Shown: positions 12,536 to 24,116, counted from the first letter of the whole stretch. The stretch is 63,016 nucleotides of DNA, filler included, from Craspedostauros australis (GCA_030167865.1; 12 parts of 12 records of this genome joined end to end with filler, not necessarily neighbours in it), one strand, 5' to 3'. Notes: generated by a model not told the origin, from the letters alone. Numbers and translations: made by a program.

Positions 12536-13943
12536 CGTGACGGGACCTGCAGTCGGTCCTGAGGTGCTGGCAACATACGGAGCTTTCGACCAAACCGCTC
12601 ACATATTCATAAACTAGAGAAATTATAAGATGGACCAAGGACGTAAATTTTGCTTTAATGTCTCATTTTAATTTTTATGGAGCTTCGTAGATTTACGGTC
12701 CTCTTGGTCGAATATGCACGCTGCTTCGTCGCGACATATCGACATTTATTAGTTTTTCCGACGCAAACAACGCAATGTGCGCAGACACGTTCGGGAAAGA
12801 ACTTGTTTTACGGGTTGCGGACAGGATTTGGGAGTTCCGCGACGTCCACCTTTGACCTGTTCGAACACACTATCTCTCCACTTACCGTTCTTAGACGTTA
12901 ATAATTACATTCAAATTGTTGACTCTGGTCGCATGTGGCGAATCTCCTCACATTTCGGCACAGAATCAACCTTTGCTTGTCTGTGGTGTGCTGTGCTTGT
13001 CGCATGTTCATGTAGTGCTCGTATTGTCACCTTCTTGCACTCCTCCTCCTCAATTCACTTCCATCACTACTAGTCTTCTCCATCTACCCATCAGTTTCAA
13101 TCAACTTCATGCTTGTCTCGACCACGAAAGCTGCGTCCAAGGATGCCAATCCTTTCCCTCCAAGAAGCAACGTTTGCCATCCCCTCCATCCTTGCACCCC
13201 TTCCCATCCAATCCAATTGATTGCAAGGAACTATTCATGCCATCTACTGCTGAGAAGCTGTTGCTTTCATTGAATATGGATGGTAAGCAGCACGTTCCGC
13301 CACCTTCAACAGACGGGCTCTTGCCTCCTGTGCTCAGAGGCACGACCTTCGACAACGAGTGTGACGTTGAGATTCTTACCAACAACGAACAGAATTGCAC
13401 GCTCCAACAAAAATGCAACGAACACAACGAACACAACGAACACCCAACCACCGACGAACGGGAACAGCGCTGACGCGGAGATCGTGCCTGCACAACACAC
13501 AACAGCAGAAGAGGAGGAAATCGCGTTGGAACCAGAAGAAAACGAAGAATCGGAGCAAATTGCGTGCGAGACACAAACAATGAAAGAGAATACGGAATCT
13601 CCTGGGTTGGTGGGACAAAATGTGAGGACACAATTGCAGCAAAGAGCCAGAGCTGCGATGCAGGGACTAAATAAATAGATTTAGGATGAAAATGATGTCA
13701 ACAATCCCTCTTTTGGCGATCACTGTCAAGACATCAAGACGCCGAATCTGGCCGTAGTGCGCTAGTTGCGTTTAGATGAGCGCAAAATCGAAGGGTCCAT
13801 AAAAATTAGAATAAGGCCTTAGAGCAAAATCGACGTTCACATAACATCTTGTATTTTTATCTAGTTTATGAATATGTGAGTGGTTTGGTCGAAAGCTTCC
13901 TATGTTGCCACCACCCCGGGACCGGCTGCAGGTTCCGTCACTG
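12536..13943 (+). mobile_element. Non-autonomous DNA transposon (~1.4 kb) with ~150-bp imperfect TIRs and a decayed internal ORF
   Basis: Left TA|C-GTGACGGGACCTGCAGTCGGTCC...GCTTTCGACCAAACCGCTCACATATTCATAAACTAGA. Reverse complement of right end: TA|CAGTGACGGAACCTGCAGCCGGTCC...GCTTTCGACCAAACCACTCACATATTCATAAACTAGA. Confidence 0.85.
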
Positions 13944-14327
13944 TAGTTGTGTGCAACTACTCTAACCAGAATCCGCCGAAAAGGAGGGAACGACATCAGT
14001 CTGGATTGGAAGGCTCTGCCGAACACTCGTGGATCGTATTGAAACGGAGACGGTGGTAGGTATAAAGTCGTATCTTAGTGTGTTGATTTGCGGATTGTGT
14101 CCGGTTTGTTTCTTTTTCCTTTTCTTTGCGTTGCACCTTCTGTGCCTTTTCTGTGGCTGTTGTCGTTTGCTGCTGCTCGTGACTCAGCCGAGTCCTCGTG
14201 ACTGGTTTCGCTCCAATAGATCGTAATCTCGGGAAGCTGTATCGCGACATTGGGAGGAGAGGAAGCAGCAGCATCCAACTGAAGGCATCGTGGAAGCCCG
14301 GAGCATGCTCGTGCATAGGACCCCCTC

Positions 14328-15235
14328 GAGTGAGTCGACCTGCAGTCCGTAATCAGGCATGTCAACTTTTTCTGGATATATGGAAAGCCACCCACAAATT
14401 AAGAATACTAACCATCACGGTATGACGAAAAAATAAAGTCCATATTGCTATAGTTTATGTTTTAAGTTTTATGGATCATTCATGTTTTTGTGGTCCCATG
14501 AGTCGAAGTCAACGATACGTCGCCTTTGATTTTGGAATGTTCTATAATGTTCTGTGCAAAATACAAAAGGTATCTATTCACGCTGGTGTTTCGGCTGCTT
14601 CCTCCCAACTCGATCGTTTGAAACGCGTTAATCCCACGTTAGCACTGGTAACAACAATCGGCGTTTTGAGCCTCCACAAACTGAACACATCACAAAGATG
14701 GAAACACATCACACACCATCATCATCTGTCCACAAAATCCATCGTCACATTTTGGCGCCGTTTCAGTGTTTTCTCGGCTCATGTTATGTATAGTCGTGGT
14801 ATCGTCCCACACGCACGGTTGTTGCACAAATAGCATGAGTAGCATTACTGGTTCCGACTACGGAAGTCGTCGTTGTTGTTACTCCATTGTCTACCTATCA
14901 CTGCGTGATCTTGTATGGTCACTTTTCCTCAGACTCGTGCAAGCCATCCACCCCACCACACCAACTCCTCTACTCCACTATCATCGCCATCATGCTCACC
15001 TCCTCCACCCCGAAAGCCCTTTCCAAGGATGTCAACCCCTCGCCAAGGAAGAAACCTCGTTCCGCTCAACTTGCGTCTGATCCTCCCTTCGACTCCAAGG
15101 GGAATCTGCTTCCTGCCACGGAGCATTTGTTGCTTGACAAGCCGTCTGCTGTGTTGCGCAAGCCGATCACCATCAAGCAAGTTGTTGGTGTGAAGCCCAT
15201 GCAGGCAGTAGACAGCAGCCTTGTCCCAAACGATG
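14328..15235 (+). mobile_element. Left end of a related element, truncated by contig end; ORF starts at ATG 14992
   Basis: GAGTGAGTCGACCTGCAGTCCG resembles the TIR above. Its ORF MLTSSTPKALSKDVNPSPRKK aligns with MLVSTTKAASKDANP..SKKQR at 13109. Confidence 0.6.
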
Positions 15236-15335
15236 NNNNNNNNNNNNNNNNNNNNNNNNNNNNNNNNNNNNNNNNNNNNTTAATTAATTAANNNNNNNNN
15301 NNNNNNNNNNNNNNNNNNNNNNNNNNNNNNNNNNN

Positions 15336-15611
15336 CAGGTCCTCTTGATCCCATTTGAGCACACCCTGACATGCATGATACTGCGGCAGCAAGCTCCAAA
15401 ATGATTGGAAGTTGCTGGCCATAGTCTTTCTCGCATTGATCATCATTTTCTGGACCGTGGTGGGATGCACGTCGTAGCGCGCTGCCAGATGATCAAGCAC
15501 CCCATCCTTGCAACAGCCATCGGCTTGCGACAGCAAGAGCGTCACCAAGATCCGAATCCGTCCGTCTGTAGATATGCGTTTCCTCTTCTTGCGTTCCATT
15601 GATTCCATCAT
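15336..15611 (-). mobile_element. N-terminal HTH fragment of a mariner-like transposase (plant/stramenopile type)
   Basis: RKRISTDGRIRILVTLL..DG..KDGVLDHLAARYDVHPTTVQKM resembles this family's HTH; runs into the contig edge. Confidence 0.6.
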
Positions 15612-15876
15612 CTAGATGACACTTGTGACAACAAGTACATGAAGGGCTCTTGTCCGAAGCTACATACTGAGGAATTGGCAAGGTACATCATGGAGTCCGT
15701 CGATGACAACAAGTCGGAAAGAAACGAGCAAGTTCCAGCATGCAACGCACAACATTCACTAATTGGATGCATACAAGAGCATTGAATGAACGCAACTACA
15801 ATGTGGCAAGCCCTGTAAGATTGGGCACCTTGATAGTGGTGGCAGCTATATTCGTCATGTAATAGCCTAATTCAGT

Positions 15877-16470
15877 ATGGATTGCGATGCTGTAATTGCG
15901 ATGAAGATGTGCAGCAGGGCACTCCCAAAAATGATGACTCGCAGGCCGCGACGAGCTGGGCCGTTGTCTGCTCACGAAGCTTGCATCAACCCATATGATC
16001 ACCACGAACAGAAAGGAGACAAATTGAACAAAGGTCTGATACGAAGATGGAGGTATGTCATTGAGCAACGAGGAGAAACGAAGTCATATGATGACGTCGT
16101 ATTGCGACACCGCGCAGACAAAAAGGAGTCTGTTGACGACGTGATTGCGAGCCTGCGGCACTCGACAATTGTTGTGGGAAATGACTGTGACATGGTTTAC
16201 CGCAGCTTCTATGCTAACCCTCCACCGTTAAACATAGTCCAAGCCCATGTCGCACAGCACACTCATACGAATGGAGTAGTACTCTACTTCGACAAGCCCG
16301 CTCTGTGCGAGCCGTGTCAAATGGTTAATCCCGAAACCGGCAGTGTGCGAGGCTTTTCTCACCAATTCGTGTCAGCAGACACCACACGAATCCAACTCGG
16401 CAGCCCAAAAATGACCAACTCAGCAAAGGCGAAGCGACGATCAACCACCTGCAAACATGAAATAATATGA
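15877..16470 (+). CDS. Hypothetical ORF (197 aa), possibly repeat-derived
   Basis: Open frame with no recognisable family; a near-identical copy at 17467-17871 is interrupted. Confidence 0.3.
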   Translation: MDCDAVIAMKMCSRALPKMMTRRPRRAGPLSAHEACINPYDHHEQKGDKLNKGLIRRWRYVIEQRGETKSYDDVVLRHRADKKESVDDVIASLRHSTIVVGNDCDMVYRSFYANPPPLNIVQAHVAQHTHTNGVVLYFDKPALCEPCQMVNPETGSVRGFSHQFVSADTTRIQLGSPKMTNSAKAKRRSTTCKHEII

Positions 16471-16925
16471 TGTTGCCGTAACCCCCATTTATATTGTGTT
16501 CACGAATCACAGTTCCTGAGGTAACAAACATCGGCACAGCGATGGACGTGTGACTTGGTGTGCTAGCAACACATCCCAGAACGACTGTGCATTCGAGGTG
16601 GGAAAGCTCAATGATTGCTGGAGCTTTGTGCGTCTTGCCTCTTCCTGCTTTGTCCAGTCTTTGACGTTGTCGCCACGATCGTTACTTCAATGAGTGCGAG
16701 CACTGATTGGTAGAGAGCTGACACCATATCCCACCATGACGGAGTGTTGAAGACAGGGGAAATGAGAACAGTGGACACGGATTTGGTGATTCAATTTCTT
16801 CCTGTGATGGGTGTCTGGCCTGTGTNNNNNNNNNNNNNNNNNNNNNNNNNNNNNNNNNNNNNNNNNNNNTTAATTAATTAANNNNNNNNNNNNNNNNNNN
16901 NNNNNNNNNNNNNNNNNNNNNNNNN

Positions 16926-17871
16926 CAGGTCCTCTTGATCCCATTTGAGCACACCCTGACATGCATGATACTGCGGCAGCAAGCTCCAAAATGATTGGAA
17001 GTTGCTGGCCATAGTCTTTCTCGCATTGATCATCATTTTCTGGACCGTGGTGGGATGCACGTCGTAGCGCGCTGCCAGATGATCAAGCACCCCATCCTTG
17101 CAACAGCCATCGGCTTGCGACAGCAAGAGCGTCACCAAGATCCGAATCCGTCCGTCTGTAGATATGCGTTTCCTCTTCTTGCGTTCCATTGATTCCATCA
17201 TCTAGATGACACTTGTGACAACAAGTACATGAAGGGCTCTTGTCCGAAGCTACATACTGAGGAATTGGCAAGGTACATCATGGAGTCCGTCGATGACAAC
17301 AAGTCGGAAAGAAACGAGCAAGTTCCAGCATGCAACGCACAACATTCACTAATTGGATGCATACAAGAGCATTGAATGAACGCAACTACAATGTGGCAAG
17401 CCCTGTAAGATTGGGCACCTTGATAGTGGTGGCAGCTATATTCGTCATGTAATAGCCTAATTCAGTATGGATTGCGATGCTGTAATTGCGATGAAGATGT
17501 GCAGCAGGGCACTCCCAAAAATGATGACTCGCAGGCCGCGACGAGCTGGGCCGTTGTCTGCTCACGAAGCTTGCATCAACCCATATGATCACCACGAACA
17601 GAAAGGAGACAAATTGAACAAAGGTCTGATACGAAGATGGAGGTATGTCATTGAGCAACGAGGAGAAACGAAGTCATATGATGACGTCGTATTGCGACAC
17701 CGTGCAGACAAAAAGGAGTCTGTTGACGACGTGATTGCGAGCCTGCGGCACTCGACAACTGTTGTGGGAAATGAGTGTGACATGGTTTACCGCAGCTTCT
17801 ATTTTAACCCTCTACCGTTAAACATAGTCCAAGCCCATGTCGCACAGCACACTCGTACGAATGGAGCAGCA
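16926..17871 (+). repeat. Near-identical copy of 15336-16281, including the mariner HTH fragment at 16926-17201 (-)
   Basis: Same first base; identical to ~17700, then scattered substitutions; abrupt loss of similarity after 17871. Confidence 0.9.
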
Positions 17872-18040
17872 AGGCACGGGAAATTCGCCGAAACACGACT
17901 ACGAACGTCATCGACTACTACGACCATTTGCTGTGGACAGCCGAAGCCATGGCATCCTTCGACTCAATCGATCAACACATTGGTTAGTACATAACGTCTA
18001 TAACGGTAATATTTCAAAAAGAGAACTCCAATCACATGTA

Positions 18041-18260
18041 ATTGATTCGATGAAACTAACAACGTTCCAACGAAACTAACAATGACTCGACGAAACTAAT
18101 GATGATTCGATGGAACTAATAACGTTTCGACGAAACTAACAACGACTCGACGAAACTAATGATGATTCGATGGAACTAATAACGTTTCGATGGAACTAAT
18201 AACGTTTCGACGAAACTAACAATGTTTCGATGAAACTAATGACGTCTCAATGAAACTAAT
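18041..18260 (+). repeat. Tandem array, 11 x 20 bp (consensus ~AAYGWYTCGAYGRAACTAAY)
   Basis: Exact 20-nt periodicity with no indels; differences are mostly transitions. Confidence 0.95.
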
Positions 18261-18499
18261 GCTGGACCAAGACTGAATGAGGAAACCAAGACTCAGAAAA
18301 TCTTGTCAAGACTCAACGTCAGCCACTGCAACGGAACGCAATGAATCATTGTTCCAAAACAATGACAACATGATGAACATCAACACGCAGCCAAGCACTC
18401 GCCATCCCCGTCACATCACTCCGCTTCGCAGCCGACTACTCGAACAGGAGACGGAGAACAAGAACCAGCCCACGCATTCAACCAAACAACGACAACGAT

Positions 18500-19430
18500 C
18501 AGCCAAGCATGCAATGCAGAGGCAGACCAGCAAGGCAACTGATCAACCGAACTACCAGTAAAGGCAATCAGTCAAGAATGGAGCAGAAGGGCAAGCCCGT
18601 GAGGCGACTGGCCAACCAAGCAACCAGCAAGGCAACCAACCAACCAGCCAGCCGATGCAGGCAATCAACCAAATTTGCGACGGAGGGGCAAACCAGCAAG
18701 GCAGCCAACCAACCAAGCGATCAGCCAAGTCAATCACTCAACCAATGCAGGCAACCAGAAAAGCGCACAGCCGAGGAGCAGGCCAGCGAAGCAGCCAACC
18801 AACCAAGCAATCAGCCAAGCCAATCAACCAACATGAAACGAAGGGGAAGGCCTGCGAGGCAACCAGGCAACCAACCAACCACCAAGGCAACCAACCAACC
18901 AGCCGATGCAGGCAATCAAACAAATGTACAATGGAGGGGCAGGCCAGCAAGGCAACCAGCCAACCGAGCAACCAGCAAGGCAACCAATCAACCAACCGAT
19001 ACGGGCAACCAGAAAGGCGCGCAGCCGAGGAGCAGGCCAGTGAAGCAGCCAACCAACCAAGCAATCAGCCAAGCCAATCAACCAAACATGAAACGAAGGG
19101 GAAGGCCTGCGAGGCAACCAGGCAACCAACCAACCACCAAGGCAACCAACCAACCAGCCAATGCAGGCAATCAAACAAATGTACAATGGAGGGGCAGGCC
19201 AGCAAGGCAACCAGCCAACCGAGCAACCAGCCAACCCAATCAACCAACTGATACGGGCAACCAGAAAAGCGCGCAGCCGAGGAGCAGGCCAGCGAAGCGA
19301 CCAACCAACCAAGTGATCAGCCAACCCAATCAACCAACCCAATCAACCAATCGACCAAATATGCAACGAAGGGGAAGGCCTGCAAGGCAACCAACCAACC
19401 AAGGTATGAGCCAAGGCAATCAACAAGATG
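18500..19430 (+). repeat. CAAC-rich hierarchical repeat: ~85-bp subunits in a 255-bp higher-order unit
   Basis: ATG(A/C)AACGAAGGGGAAGGCCTGC recurs at 18833, 19088 and 19361. Confidence 0.9.
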
Positions 19431-20453
19431 ATCACTTCATCAATCAGCCACCCCACAACGAAGCATCCAACAACACAACTGAAATTGACTTCTTGTCAAG
19501 TGCTGATATTCTGGAGCTTGGGTTGCAATATGCTGGCTTTCGGCAAACCAAAATGGCAGAACGGACCAAACAGAATCGATTTTCAGCAATGTACGGCTTG
19601 AGTCCAGAGAGCTTTGGCTGCCTCTTTGTTAATCTATTCAACATCAAGACAGCACACAAACTCAAGAACCCGCGACCCTATGATACATTTGTTGTTCTGA
19701 ACTGGCTCAAAGCCTACAGTAGGGAGCATGCCATGGCAGGGCGTTGGGGCTTGGATGAGAAGACAATCCGGTCTCTCATCTGGTCATACTTACCAGCGAT
19801 CCAAGCCTTGCTTCCAAGAAAGGTAAGTCACTGTGCACACTTCGATGCCACTTTGCTTCATATTCTATCCTGACACAGTCTTCTGCTGCACTTCGTTTCT
19901 TTTTATTTCCTTCTCTCAGGTCATCTGGCCTCCACAAAATATAAAGCTCACTGCGGACGACAAGCACTTCCTCATCAGCGTCGATGGCGTCCACATCAAG
20001 ATTCATGAACCAAGAACAGACCCCAGGACGAAGTGGTATAGCCACAAGTCGCACTTGGCAGGGCTCACCTATGAGCTTGGAATCTCGCTAGCAGACAGCA
20101 AGCTTGTCTGGATCAATGGTCCCTTCCCTGCTTCTACATCAGATCTGGTGATGTATCGCAAACCTGATGGCCTCAAAAGCAAACTGCCATCAGGAGGAAT
20201 GGTCATTGCCGATGGTGGCTATCAAAACGAGCCAACCATCAGTGCACCAAACCCGATGGATTCTGCTGCGGTGAAGAAATTCAAGAACAGGGCAAGAGCT
20301 CGACACGAGAGCTTCAATGGAAGGATCAAGAACTTCAAGGCTCTTGTCCACGATTATAGAAACGATCTTGGCAAACATCAGTGTGTCTTCGAAGCCTGCT
20401 GTGTATTGATACAGTACGAATTAGATAATGGTCATCCTATATTCGAAATTTAA
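18509..20453 (+). CDS. DDE_Tnp_4-type (IS5/Harbinger-like) transposase; exons 18509-19822 and 19920-20453; alternative start 19406
   Basis: HTH-like region LNWLKAY..AGRWGLDEKTIR; catalytic motifs ISVDG, YSHK, WINGPFPA..SD, IADGGY, RARHESFNGRIKNF. A GTAAGT..CTCAG intron joins the exons in frame. Confidence 0.88.
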
Positions 20454-20534
20454 GTAAATACTGACATACTCTTCAACTTACTAGAACACTCGTATGTGTT
20501 GGTGGTTTCATGAAACGTATCAGTAGTGTGATAT

Positions 20535-22468
20535 CTAAGAGAAGTAGGCATTGAGAGGATCATCTTCATCAAAGTCATGGGCAGATGGCTCCTCCGGGTT
20601 CGATTGATCAAGAGCTGCATCCTCTGCAGGCTTCAACTTCTTTGGTGAGCATACGCCGATGTCCGAAATCGCACGCTTGAGGTGATGCCCTTCATCACCC
20701 ATGATGGTATCGTTGCCGCGAACCGCGAGGGCATTTGGAGCGGGAGGAACAGAACAAGCAATAGGTTCGCGGACGAGGGTTGGTGTAGCCATGGCCAAGG
20801 CAAGTTGGTTTGGAGCAGGAGTATCCAACATGGATGCTGGAACATCCGGAAAGTTGAGCCCATCGAAGCCGTCTTGACCGGGGAGAGGGACTTGCAATGC
20901 GGACCCTGGAGCGTCTGGGAAGGTCATCTCACCCGCATTCGCACCATGGATCGTCGGGTTAGTGTGTGGTGGGCTTGGAATGTTCACCACTCCGAACTTG
21001 CTGTTGGTCTTTGGAGCGGTTGGAGCGTTCACCACTTCAGAGATTCTGTTGATCTTTGGAGGGACTATCACGCATGCCACTCCTGTTCCTGGCAGGGGCG
21101 TGCTGCTGCTGTTGCTGCTCGAAGGGACTGTGGATGGGGTGGGAGAGCTGTCGACGTCCATCTTGTCCGTGCCGCCTGTTTTGATAGTCAGGTTTGCTAC
21201 ATCATCAATTGCTCGGACACAGAATGGCGAAAGGAGAGAAGATGATAGGTGAAATGATAGTGAGTACTCTAGAGTAGTGCGGATTAGATGTGATTGCATC
21301 ATGATCGATGGCCAAACAAGTCAATTGAATTGGGATGCTTCCATGGCTACTCACCAGTGCTAGAAAGCATCCCAAAGAATGCATCATCGACGTTGTCGGT
21401 GTTGGGGTTGCACAGCCCAACCTTGCCATGAAATCCAGCGATTGCAACTCTCCAGCACACCACATTTGTCGGGATCTTGAGCTGGGCATTCGTTGCCTTG
21501 TGGACCAACACCTTTGGTGTTGGACAGTACGTCTTGGTGAGGCACTCAACTTCATTCTGGAAGAAGTTAGCACTCAGGGTCATTCCATCTGGGCAATGGA
21601 AGTAGGTGTACTTGAGGCCAACTCCCTTTGTGGTTTCACGGTTAACCAGCTTATGGAAAAGGAGCTTCTCGCGTGCGAGATTGCCATCAGGAACTCCCTT
21701 TTGCTGCATGAACATTGCATCTGTGCTAGTTTCCAGCATCAACGATGGGATGGCTGGCTCTTGGATCTTGATGCAGGTACCTTCGTCACAGATGGATGCT
21801 TTGATCTGATCAATGTCATCCTTGTCGACAAACAGCTTGCGGATGATGAGGCAGTCGAAAGATCTGCCCTCCTGGATGACATCATCCATCTGGTAGATCA
21901 TCGTGTTCTCCACATGATGGAATGGATGGTCAAGGTCAATGCTGTAGTGCTCGCCTTCTTCGTTGTTGGAGATGGTGGTGCTGGTTTCGTCGTTGGTCGT
22001 CATCTTGGCTTCGGTGGAAAAGAGAATCTTGCGGCGTCGCTGTGGCGAGAGTGTGGATGTTGATGTTGATGCCGTTGTCGAGGTTGATGGTGTTGTGAGG
22101 GTCTTCGATTTTGATTTGGCAGGGGGCGTTGATGCCCATGGTGCATTGGGATCGCTTTCACCCAATGCCTGTCGCTGCACCTTGTGCAATGCCTGCAGCC
22201 CTGCCTTGTCGAGATACTTTTGAAGATAGTATTTGCGTTTTCTGCAAGCTTCTCGCTGTGCAGAACCGGCCTTGCCGAGGAGATGTTCAAATTGATCGCA
22301 GTGCAGCTTGAATTTATCGAAGCGCTTTGCACCAAGGAGGAAGTCCAAGATGGCGATGTCGACTTCCGGTCCCATCGATTTCAAATTTGAGCGGGAGGAA
22401 GGCAGTTTGCGGATGGCACGCTGAGCTGGAGTGCTGGGCGTGGTGTTGGTGGTGGTTGGTTTGTTCAT
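20535..22468 (-). CDS. Transposon partner protein (~590 aa); exons 22468-21355 and 21211 (or 21196)-20535
   Basis: Phase-1 GTGAG donor with two in-frame AG acceptors; basic helical N-domain, beta-rich middle domain, Pro-rich tail. Confidence 0.75.
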
Positions 22469-22538
22469 GGTAGTTGAGATTCAATGAGGGACAGACTACT
22501 ACCGAACACGGTATCAACCCAATGGGAGAAATTCCTGT

Positions 22539-22550
22539 TTTGGCGCGAAA
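22539..22550 (-). promoter_or_regulatory. Overlapping double E2F-type site TTTCGCGCCAAA
   Basis: Matches TTTSSCGC on both strands; ~70 nt upstream of ATG 22468. Confidence 0.5.
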
Positions 22551-22970
22551 TCTTCCGACTTGATTGACCACCAAATCTTTTCTCCTCCTTTCTCTCCTCC
22601 ATTCACGAATCCGTCATGACTCAAACCTGACCGACTTGACTCACACCCCACCTGGGAACTATATGCTCTTCAGATCCTCCTTACTAAAACATACCTCGAT
22701 TCCTTCATTGCTGATGACCATCACACTACCACCGTGGTCTCAGCATGCGTATCCAACTTGCTTCAACTCAAGCAATGGAATCCGAATGTCAGCTTCAGCC
22801 ACAGCCACTGCTTCATGACCGTCATCACTGATTGTCATGACCTACACTGCAGTGTAACTACATGTGCGGANNNNNNNNNNNNNNNNNNNNNNNNNNNNNN
22901 NNNNNNNNNNNNNNTTAATTAATTAANNNNNNNNNNNNNNNNNNNNNNNNNNNNNNNNNNNNNNNNNNNN

Positions 22971-24116
22971 GAGTTGCAGCAACTACAGCATGCCCAGGCC
23001 AACTCCAACGAACCCTTGTTCGATCAGTCTTTCCTGGATGAGAACTTCGATCTCGTCATCGAGCTCGGGCTTCATTTGCTCAACATGCAAATGCGCTACT
23101 ACGCACCAATCGTGCCGCCCTCGAATCGCCAGAAAGCGCCAATCCGAATCGAACATCTTTCGGAGATGCAGGCCATCACCCACTTTCGCTTCCGAAAGTG
23201 TGCCCTCCAAAGCATGCTGGGATGCCTTTGGCCCAAGTTCGAGGAAGTGTCTGGCGCAACATCCTCCGAGGCCATCACCTGCCAATATGGATACAGTGTG
23301 CCCTTCGAAACAGGCATGCTCTACATGTTGTATCGCCTGGCGCATCGGGGCACTCTGGGTGACATGGAGGTTGTCTTCGGAGTCGGGAATTCTAAATTAT
23401 CCGCTGTGATTCTTACCTTCTGCGGCCATTTCCACGACATCGCCCGTCCCTACTTCGATAACATGCAGACATTTGCGCATCGTTTCGAGATGTATGCTGA
23501 TTATGTTGAGAGAGCGACTGATGGGATCGTGGACAACGTCGTCGGCTTCATTGATGGAACGTTGCGAAAAACGTGTCGCCCACACATTTATCAGGAGTTC
23601 GCATACTCCGGCCACAAGCGATGTCACGGCATCAAATATCAAGGAGTGTCGGCTCCGGATGGATTGATGATGCACTTCTACGGACCCATTGCTGGGAATC
23701 GCCATGATGGTTTCATGCTGAAGGAGAGCCGAATCGAAGAGCAAATGGAAGACATGATGCCATTGGATGGCCCAAACAAAATCTACCGCCTGTACGGGGA
23801 TCCAGCGTATGCCAACCGTGTGTATGTGTTCGGTGGTTTCAGCAATGTCGTTCGCGGATCACCTGAAGCTATCGTCAACAGGGAGATGTCTGCGGTGCGC
23901 ATCTGCGTCGAGTGGCAGTTCAAGGAAATCGTGAAGCTCTTCCCTTTGTTGGATGTAACCAAGCTGATGCGCATCTACGGCAGTCCACTCACGCATATGT
24001 ACTACACTGCTGCGTTCTTCATGAATCTGCACTGCACTGTGTATGGTAATCAACAGTCTGCAAGGTACGATTTGAACAAGATGAGTATGGAGGAGTACCT
24101 CCTCCTCGTGCCATAG
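22971..24116 (+). CDS. HARBI1-type DDE transposase, 5'-truncated
   Basis: GFIDGT, YSGHKRCHGIKYQ, YGPIAGNRHD, LYGDPAY, NREMSAVRICVEWQF. Confidence 0.93.
   Translation, partial: ELQQLQHAQANSNEPLFDQSFLDENFDLVIELGLHLLNMQMRYYAPIVPPSNRQKAPIRIEHLSEMQAITHFRFRKCALQSMLGCLWPKFEEVSGATSSEAITCQYGYSVPFETGMLYMLYRLAHRGTLGDMEVVFGVGNSKLSAVILTFCGHFHDIARPYFDNMQTFAHRFEMYADYVERATDGIVDNVVGFIDGTLRKTCRPHIYQEFAYSGHKRCHGIKYQGVSAPDGLMMHFYGPIAGNRHDGFMLKESRIEEQMEDMMPLDGPNKIYRLYGDPAYANRVYVFGGFSNVVRGSPEAIVNREMSAVRICVEWQFKEIVKLFPLLDVTKLMRIYGSPLTHMYYTAAFFMNLHCTVYGNQQSARYDLNKMSMEEYLLLVP

Larger units (their letters stand above)
17872..22870 (+). mobile_element. PIF/Harbinger-superfamily element, family A: transposase + convergent partner gene; right end not seen
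   Basis: Begins where homology to the preceding contig stops; contains a subterminal tandem array, a DDE transposase and a convergent second gene with stops 81 nt apart. Confidence 0.75.

Noticed and set aside
18041..18260. CRISPR-like array
   Set aside because: Units are contiguous with no unique spacers, there are no cas genes, and the context is eukaryotic.
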